Shown piece after piece: positions 8,511 through 13,819 of a stretch of 20,000 bases of DNA. Below the pieces are notes generated by a model. It did no database searches. It saw only the letters and a program-made list of their open reading frames with translations, and had not been told where the DNA came from. The translations under genes and the position numbers were made by a program. The first letter of the stretch is position 1; each line of letters starts with the position of its first letter. This stretch comes from an uncultured virus (IMG/VR IMGVR_UViG_3300025603_001562) (taxonomy: Duplodnaviria > Heunggongvirae > Uroviricota > Caudoviricetes), in the IMG/VR virus record IMGVR_UViG_3300025603_001562; one strand, written 5' to 3'.

Positions 8511-8527
8511 GAAGAAACGTTTTATAG

Positions 8528-9619
8528 ATGTCTGAAAAAATTAGCAACGAAGAACTTAAACACAAGATTGTTACCACCATAAGAGAGGAAGGTCTTGACG
8601 GAATCTTTGGGGAGGAGGTTGTGCTTGCTATTCAAGAAAAAGTTAAGCACATGTACAAACAGCAGCTTGAGAAGTCTGTATTTGAAGACGTACCGCAAGA
8701 AGAGCTTCAAGAGGAAGTTCAGGAAGAGGAAGATGGGCTTCAAGAAACGGATACTAGACCGCCTGTGCAAGGTGGTCCAAATCAGTTTCCTTATGAAGAT
8801 GATTTTATTGACTCAAATGCTGTACCAGGGCAAGACGTTGAGCAGGAAGATATAGGGATGACAGCTGGAGAGGCTGTGTCAAATGTTCCTTACACTCCTG
8901 TTCGTGCAAATACTGCACAAGTTCCCAAGCCATTACAAAACCAGGAGCCAGGTGAGATAATTGTGTTTGACTATAATGATGTTGCAGCAGTAAGTGGCGA
9001 AGGGTTAGCTAACAAACCATTTAGAACAATGGATGACCCAGAGTCTTTGAAGACTATTCACGACTTTTGGATGCAGGAGGGTAAGACTGATGTTAAAGTG
9101 TACGCCGCTAAGTTTGAACAAATAGGGATTGTTAAGTACGATTACCGAAGTGGCACTGCACTGTTTACAGACGACAAAGAAGCTCCAGAAGTGATAAAGC
9201 CTTCGTATCAAGAAAATCCTTATGCTACACCTAGCACTCCTCATATAGATGAGCCTTCAACAGAAATCGACCTCAGAAAATCTATTGAGTCATCTGTCGA
9301 TTTGGAGGCTGTTTTGCTAAAGGTAATGAAAGACATTTTAAAAGATGGACTAGGTGTTGCGCAAGAGCCGACTGTGCCTACCGAAGTACCAACTGCTCCA
9401 GCTGCTCAGCCAGTATATGAGAGACAGACGAAAGAGAACGTTATTAATACGTTTAAAAAAGTTGAAACACCAGAGGCCATTCAAAATAGACTTCTGGGCG
9501 AAAATGATAATCGTGTGGAGTATTTAGGTCAGTCGTCAGAGTATGCGACGTATTTATTTAAAGATAAAAGATACGTCGTTTTTAATGAGAATGAAAAGAC
9601 AGCATATCGTCAACCTTGA
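8528..9619 (+). CDS. Acidic Pro/Glu-rich hypothetical protein, putative virion protein
   Basis: 363 aa with low-complexity acidic and proline-rich segments; lies behind a TATTTA motif. Confidence 0.75.
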   Translation: MSEKISNEELKHKIVTTIREEGLDGIFGEEVVLAIQEKVKHMYKQQLEKSVFEDVPQEELQEEVQEEEDGLQETDTRPPVQGGPNQFPYEDDFIDSNAVPGQDVEQEDIGMTAGEAVSNVPYTPVRANTAQVPKPLQNQEPGEIIVFDYNDVAAVSGEGLANKPFRTMDDPESLKTIHDFWMQEGKTDVKVYAAKFEQIGIVKYDYRSGTALFTDDKEAPEVIKPSYQENPYATPSTPHIDEPSTEIDLRKSIESSVDLEAVLLKVMKDILKDGLGVAQEPTVPTEVPTAPAAQPVYERQTKENVINTFKKVETPEAIQNRLLGENDNRVEYLGQSSEYATYLFKDKRYVVFNENEKTAYRQP

Positions 9620-9659
9620 TATTAAGAGGATAATTGACTATTAATTATAAAATAAAAAC

Positions 9660-9935
9660 ATGGAAACAGTTTGGAAAATAACTAACACAGGAAGATTAGA
9701 CAAGATTAAGTTCACCGTTGCTATCGCATCGAATAAATCTCCAGGAGTATTCTTAAAGAAAGACGAATTTATTCTTTCACAAAAAAGAATGACTACAATG
9801 CTTGATGCCCAAGCCAAGAGAGGCTACGTGGCAATTGAAGAATTTGAAAATGTAGACAACATCGTTATCGGAGAGGTAATGAAGATGTCGGATTCTGAGT
9901 ACGCTCAGAAGCGAGTTCAAGATTACTCTAAGTGA
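9660..9935 (+). CDS. Hypothetical protein whose stop codon is supplied by the inserted IS-derived element
   Basis: 91-aa ORF with an A-rich leader; the TGA at 9933-9935 lies inside the element's right end. Confidence 0.75.
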   Translation: METVWKITNTGRLDKIKFTVAIASNKSPGVFLKKDEFILSQKRMTTMLDAQAKRGYVAIEEFENVDNIVIGEVMKMSDSEYAQKRVQDYSK

Positions 9936-10047
9936 ACTACCCACCCACGCCAGAGGCGATGGGATGGGCTTCAAGGGTCAACGCTCCAACTAGTGTTGGC
10001 AACTTACCTTGATTTTTTCTGTCAGTTCCTGACAAAATATTTCTTAA
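9912..10047 (-). ncRNA. Putative TnpB omega-RNA (reRNA) scaffold plus about 20 nt of flank-derived guide
   Basis: Nested stems on the minus strand (tgtcag-gaa-ctgaca; tcaagg...ccttga enclosing ccaac-acta-gttgg; terminal right-end hairpin). The same bases translate as LRNILSGTDRKNQGKLPTLVGALTLEAHPIASGVGG*, which resembles a TnpB C-terminal tail. Confidence 0.65.
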
Positions 10048-10160
10048 TGTACAAAAATACAAAAGTTTAAAGAAATAACAAAATTTATTTAAAATAATTA
10101 AGATAAGGTCGCTTACATCCCACCCACACTACGTGATGAGTGGGCTTTACGCTCCGTAAT
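9932..10160 (-). mobile_element. Non-autonomous IS200/IS605-family miniature element (PATE-like) lacking tnpA and tnpB
   Basis: Two related subterminal hairpins: cccacccacgcc-aga-ggcgatgggatggg (9940-9968) and cccacccacac-tac-gtgatgagtggg (10119-10144). On the minus strand it ends ...TAGTTCAC and is preceded by TTAC. There is no target duplication, and excision restores AAG TAA. Confidence 0.8.
10052..10082 (-). promoter_or_regulatory. Bacteroidota housekeeping promoter TTTG-N19-TATTTTTG inside the miniature element
   Basis: The minus strand reads TTTG ttatttctttaaacttttg TATTTTTG, an exact match to the -33/-7 consensus TTTG-N19-21-TAnnTTTG. Confidence 0.75.
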
Positions 10161-10162
10161 GT

Positions 10163-10552
10163 AAAAATGCAATTCAAGGTCAAAAAGAAGGAAGGCTAAA
10201 ATGTGCTCCAGTATCAAAAGCTGAAAGAGAGATAGTAAATAGACTCAGAGAAAAAAGCATAAAATCTGAATCTCAGTTTTCGTTAGAATCATTCAAGTTC
10301 GACATATACATCCCTGATAAAAATCTTCTTATAGAATATAATGGAGACTATTGGCATTGTAATCCTTTAAAATATTTACCTAGTTTTATTCATCCTCATA
10401 AAAACAAAACAGCTAAAGAACTTTGGAAAGCTGATGATAATAAGAAAAAGCTTGCAATTAAGTCTGGATTCAATCACCTTACTATTTGGGAATCTGAATA
10501 TAATGCAGATAAAAATAAAATAATAGAATCACTGATATCATATGGAGAATAA
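10163..10552 (+). pseudogene. 5'-truncated Vsr-like/DUF559 (PD-(D/E)XK, EDxHD-type) homing endonuclease
   Basis: Not in the ORF track (no start codon). The open frame reads KNAIQGQKEGRLKCAPVSKAERE...FKFDIYIPDKNLLIEYNGDYWHCNP...LWKADDNKKKLAIKSGFNHLTIWESEY...*. Confidence 0.8.
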
Positions 10553-11831
10553 AAGAATTAAATTGCTAGTTTGCCCGTCAGATGTGCAAGGCGTCGGGCA
10601 TTTTCGCTCAATCTGGATGGCTCAGCAACTTAGGAAATCCCACAAAGAGGAGCTCCAAATTAAGATTGATGTCACTCCTGATTTTACCAATATAAACTAC
10701 CTGTCATCATTTGATATAATTCATTTCCACAGACAGCTTGGGCCATTTGAAGCATCTGAGAAACTATTCGCGGAGCTTCAATCCAAAGGGACTGTGCTGG
10801 TGATGGATATTGACGACTTCTGGAGTCCGCCTCCAACTCACCCTCTTTATGATTTGGTGAAAGCTGAAAAAATTGACAAGCATATAGAGAACAATTTGAA
10901 ACTTGTTGATTGGGTCACTACGACCACAGAGATTTTTGCAGAAAAAATCAAAGAGGTCAATAAAAATGTGGTTGTGATTCCGAACGCTGTAAACCCCGAA
11001 GCTAAGATGTGGAGGAGTGAAGCGGTTCCAAACCCTACTGACCGTACAAGAGTTGCTTGGATTGGTGGGTCATCTCACTTACATGACTTGTTTCTTCTGC
11101 GTGACTCAATGGAGATGCTTAATAAGGACCAAGAGCTGAAGGATAAGACACAGATTGTAATGTGTGGATTTGATACCAGAGGTAATCTGACCAGCATCGA
11201 CGACAATGGGAACAGGCACGAAAGACCTATCCAACCACACGAGACGATTTGGATGCAATTCGAAAGAATATTTACAGCAGACTACCAGCTTCTAAAAGAG
11301 GACAAGGAGTATTTTAACTGGCTGTATAAAATTAAAAATGAAAAGTATCCAAACATGGATGAAAAACCATATTTGAGACGCTGGACTTTACCTTTGAAAA
11401 CATATGCAACCCATTACGACCATTGTGATGTTTGTTTAGCTCCTCTAGTAGACCATTACACTCAACAAGTAGGTCAGGGCCAGAAGGCAAAAATAGTTAA
11501 GCGACCTCACATTTTCAACAAAGTAAAATCTGAGTTGAAAGTTATTGAAGCGGGTGTTAAAAGAAAAGCGCTAATCGCGCAAGATTTCGGAATCTATTCT
11601 AAGACTATTAAAGACGGCGAGACGGGTATTTTGGTTAAGAACAACAAAAAGGGGTGGTATAACGCCATTAAGCAGGTTGTCGATGACCCTGGGTACCGAC
11701 AGGAGCTTGCAGACAATCTTCACGACTGGGTGATGGATGAATATTCCATCGATAGAATTAATGGAATCAGAGCAAGTTTCTACGAGCAAGTTTACGAGGG
11801 AATGAAACAAAAAGACAAAATCATCGTATAG
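10542..11831 (+). CDS. Glycosyltransferase, GT-B fold (GT4/group 1-like)
   Basis: GVGHFRS, VMDIDDFW, VTTTT, VIPNAV, WIGGSSHLHDL, DVCLAPL and FNKVKSELKVIEAG motifs. Confidence 0.88.
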   Translation: MENKRIKLLVCPSDVQGVGHFRSIWMAQQLRKSHKEELQIKIDVTPDFTNINYLSSFDIIHFHRQLGPFEASEKLFAELQSKGTVLVMDIDDFWSPPPTHPLYDLVKAEKIDKHIENNLKLVDWVTTTTEIFAEKIKEVNKNVVVIPNAVNPEAKMWRSEAVPNPTDRTRVAWIGGSSHLHDLFLLRDSMEMLNKDQELKDKTQIVMCGFDTRGNLTSIDDNGNRHERPIQPHETIWMQFERIFTADYQLLKEDKEYFNWLYKIKNEKYPNMDEKPYLRRWTLPLKTYATHYDHCDVCLAPLVDHYTQQVGQGQKAKIVKRPHIFNKVKSELKVIEAGVKRKALIAQDFGIYSKTIKDGETGILVKNNKKGWYNAIKQVVDDPGYRQELADNLHDWVMDEYSIDRINGIRASFYEQVYEGMKQKDKIIV

Positions 11832-11888
11832 TTAGGTATAACTACATGAGAACAAAGATACAGCTTAGATAAGAAAATAAAATGATTA

Positions 11889-12071
11889 GTGAGAAGAAAC
11901 TATAAAATAGAAAGGCTGGAGAACGGTGAAACGTTTACCACAAAAGAACGAGGGAGCTCAATGGTTCCTTTGATTCATTCAAACCAAGAACACGTCCTGG
12001 CTCCATTAGAACTAAGTAATGCAAAAGTAGGCGACATTGTCTATTGCAAAGTAAGAGGAGGGCTTTACACA
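11889..12071 (+). pseudogene. N-terminal half of a small S24/S26 peptidase-like gene, interrupted by an insertion
   Basis: GSSMVPLI (nucleophile Ser motif) and KVGDIVYCKV; the resemblance stops after GLYT. Confidence 0.75.
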
Positions 12072-12076
12072 AATTA

Positions 12077-12169
12077 TCACACTCTCCCCTCTTCTTGTGC
12101 GCCGCCCTTCTTCCATCGATGAAAGCTGTACTCTAAGCTCTCTCTATTTTTTTGGCTTATGAGTTTCAT
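12077..12169 (-). CDS. Short ORF or gene remnant (30 aa) at the insertion edge
   Basis: MKLISQKNRESLEYSFHRWKKGGAQEEGRV*; its ATG overlaps the upstream TAA (TAATG). Confidence 0.35.
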   Translation of the reverse strand: MKLISQKNRESLEYSFHRWKKGGAQEEGRV

Positions 12170-12361
12170 TAAAAACCTTCTTCGATATAGTCCATACTAT
12201 CGTATATCTCACTTAGATATTCTCTGTTTATAGAAATTCCAACTTTCAACTTATCTGAATTTCTTTCACCAACTTCCTCCAGGGTATCCGATAATCTCAA
12301 CCAGAAGCTCGCACCCTATAAAGAGCAGTACTGTTAAAATTGTAAATATTAATGTTTTCAT
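12169..12361 (-). pseudogene. Small single-TM membrane protein with a +1 frameshift in a GGG run (12314-12316)
   Basis: As written it reads MKTLIFTILTVLLFIGCELLVEIIGYPGGSW*. Removing one G gives MKTLIFTILTVLLFIGASFWLRLSDTLEEVGERNSDKLKVGISINREYLSEIYDSMDYIEEGF*, ending in a TAATG overlap. Confidence 0.5.
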
Positions 12362-12372
12362 GATTTTATTTT

Positions 12373-12401
12373 AATATACGTGGTTATTAGAAAAAAGTTT
12401 C
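12373..12401 (-). promoter_or_regulatory. ECF-sigma-like promoter GAAAC-N16-CGTATATT
   Basis: The minus strand reads aGAAAC ttttttctaataacca CGTAtatt, 11 nt before ATG 12361, matching the (T)GAAAC-N16-CGTA ECF consensus. Confidence 0.55.
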
Positions 12402-12453
12402 TACGAGTGTAAAAATTTACAGCACTGTTCACTGTGAAGTACGAGGACGACTA

Positions 12454-12489
12454 CATGTTATTTTTACTTATTTATAGGTAAAATACATG
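12454..12489 (+). promoter_or_regulatory. Hairpin covering the GIY-YIG translation-initiation region, with a TATTTA motif at its loop
   Basis: catgttatttttactta-ttta-taggtaaaatacatg lies immediately before ATG 12491; TATTTA is at 12469-12474. Confidence 0.55.
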
Positions 12490-12490
12490 C

Positions 12491-13327
12491 ATGATAATCT
12501 ACAAAACAACGAACGTAATAAATAAAAAAATCTACATAGGGCAAGACTCAAATGACAATCCTAAATATTTAGGGTCGGGGTTACTTCTTCATAAAGCGAT
12601 TAAGAAATATGGAAAAGATAATTTTAAAAAGGAAGTGCTAGAGGTTTGTTCCGACAGAAAGTGTTTAAATAAGCAGGAAATATATTGGATTAAATTTTAT
12701 AAAGCGACTGACAAGGAAATTGGATACAATATATCTGAAGGCGGAACTGGTGGTAAATTAGTTCTTGTTGAGGGTAAAAAAGGTAAAACTTATGAAGAAT
12801 ACTATGGAGAGAAGAAAGCGAAAGAGCTAAAGGCTCTTTTTTCTAAAATTAGAAAAGGAAAAAAAAGAAAATACGTCAATATAACAGCTGAGGAAGTAGG
12901 TAAAAAGGTAGGCAAAGCATTAAAAGGGAGAAAAGTATCCAATGAATGTAAGGGTAAAATTAGTAATACGCTAAAGAAGTATTTTCAAACAGAAAAAGGG
13001 ATTAAATCAAGAAAAAGCATTAGCGGATTTCACACTGGAAGAAAACATAGTGAAGAAAGTAATAAAAAAAGAAGTGACGCCATGAAAGGGAGACGGCCAA
13101 AAATAATGGACATTCACCCCAGTGCTCGATATTGGTTTTTTTATGACAATAAAAATAAACTAATTTTCGAAACACTTGGAGATAAAAAGCATGCCTTAGA
13201 AAAGCTAAAAACAAATCAAAGAAAATTAGTGACTTTTGATAATTTGAACGATTGCTTAAATTATAAATTAGAAGACAGTAAGCATTTTAAAGTTTTTTAT
13301 AAAAAGTATTATAAAAAGAAAACCTAA
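12491..13327 (+). CDS. GIY-YIG homing endonuclease (Seg-like) with NUMOD3-type DNA-binding repeats
   Basis: MIIYKTTN..NKKIYIGQ, YLGSG, AIKKYGKDNFKKEVLE, EIYWI, GYNISEGG and GRKHSEESNKKRS motifs. Confidence 0.93.
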   Translation: MIIYKTTNVINKKIYIGQDSNDNPKYLGSGLLLHKAIKKYGKDNFKKEVLEVCSDRKCLNKQEIYWIKFYKATDKEIGYNISEGGTGGKLVLVEGKKGKTYEEYYGEKKAKELKALFSKIRKGKKRKYVNITAEEVGKKVGKALKGRKVSNECKGKISNTLKKYFQTEKGIKSRKSISGFHTGRKHSEESNKKRSDAMKGRRPKIMDIHPSARYWFFYDNKNKLIFETLGDKKHALEKLKTNQRKLVTFDNLNDCLNYKLEDSKHFKVFYKKYYKKKT

Positions 13328-13442
13328 CCTGGTCAAAGCTTTAGACCCGCAAAAAGGTTGTTTGATTGGAAATAATAAAGGCGGTACAAACGGGTGGACT
13401 CGACAAGTATACGGAAAGGTTACTGAAGTTCTTCCTCAATAG
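13326..13442 (+). pseudogene. C-terminal half of the interrupted S24/S26 peptidase-like gene
   Basis: Not in the ORF track. It reads NLVKALDPQKGCLIGNNKGGTNGWTRQVYGKVTEVLPQ* and begins at the GIY-YIG stop codon. Confidence 0.75.
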
Positions 13443-13734
13443 ACTCTTCCCTCGGCGCTGGCTTATTCAAAAGCACTCTCAGGGCCGAAACGGATTTCAT
13501 AAACTCTTGCTTATCGTCAGCGTCGCCAGCATCAAGCATGCTTACGGTATTTTCCTCTAGTTGTCTGTAAAATACATCTGGAGCTTCGAACGTTTTCTGC
13601 TCAAACAACTCTCCTGAGACGTGGTCGAAGAAATTGTTCAGGCACATATTTAAAACTTTCGTCTTATCCTTCCCTTTTTTTCCAGCTATCTCAAGAATCT
13701 CTAGAATTTGTTCTGCATGCTTCGTTGCGTCCAT
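13420..13734 (-). CDS. Hypothetical protein (104 aa; start reassigned to MDATKHAEQ)
   Basis: An A-rich leader and a promoter lie directly before ATG 13734; the track's longer start runs through a terminator. Confidence 0.7.
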   Translation of the reverse strand: MDATKHAEQILEILEIAGKKGKDKTKVLNMCLNNFFDHVSGELFEQKTFEAPDVFYRQLEENTVSMLDAGDADDKQEFMKSVSALRVLLNKPAPREESIEEELQ

Positions 13735-13752
13735 TTTTATAATATTAATTTT

Positions 13753-13783
13753 CAAATATAGCGAAAAACAAAAAGGCCTCACA
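13753..13783 (-). promoter_or_regulatory. Bacteroidota-type promoter TGTG-N19-TATATTTG
   Basis: Exact -7 element TAnnTTTG at 13753-13760, and a one-mismatch -33 element at 13780-13783. Confidence 0.55.
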
Positions 13784-13800
13784 TTTCTGCAAGGCCTTTT
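13771..13800 (-). terminator. Rho-independent terminator after the vWA gene
   Basis: aaaaggcc...ggcctttt inverted repeat, followed by a T-run on the minus strand. Confidence 0.75.
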
Positions 13801-13819
13801 ATTTTAAAACTTTTCAACT

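Larger units (their letters stand above)
12072..13325 (+). mobile_element. About 1.25-kb insertion carrying a GIY-YIG homing endonuclease and minus-strand cargo ORFs
   Basis: Removing it rejoins the two peptidase halves in frame; there is a 2-nt (AA) microhomology at the junctions. Confidence 0.7.

Noticed and set aside
9777..9974. Minus-strand 65-aa ORF starting in the IS hairpin
   Set aside because: It is a chance frame crossing the element boundary, antisense to the 9660-9935 gene.
9940..10144. The two hairpins as simple terminators or REP elements
   Set aside because: They have no U-tracts, and the paired hairpins, TTAC/TTCAC boundaries and TnpB-like tail fit IS200/IS605 ends.
12266..12361. 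31-aa lipoprotein (FIGC lipobox)
   Set aside because: The Cys appears to be created by a +1 G. The corrected frame gives a longer ORF ending in a TAATG overlap. It is not fully excluded.
12072..13331. Group I intron interrupting the peptidase gene (GATATAGTCC at ~12184 and GACTAC at ~12449 resemble the S and R elements)
   Set aside because: The elements are in the wrong order, the S-like string is also the MDYI codons of the minus-strand ORF, and there is no P1/IGS pairing or convincing U|...G splice sites. A covariance search would be the definitive test.
13366..13560. Plus-strand 64-aa ORF
   Set aside because: It is in the wrong frame; the meaningful frame is the peptidase C-terminal fragment at 13326-13442.
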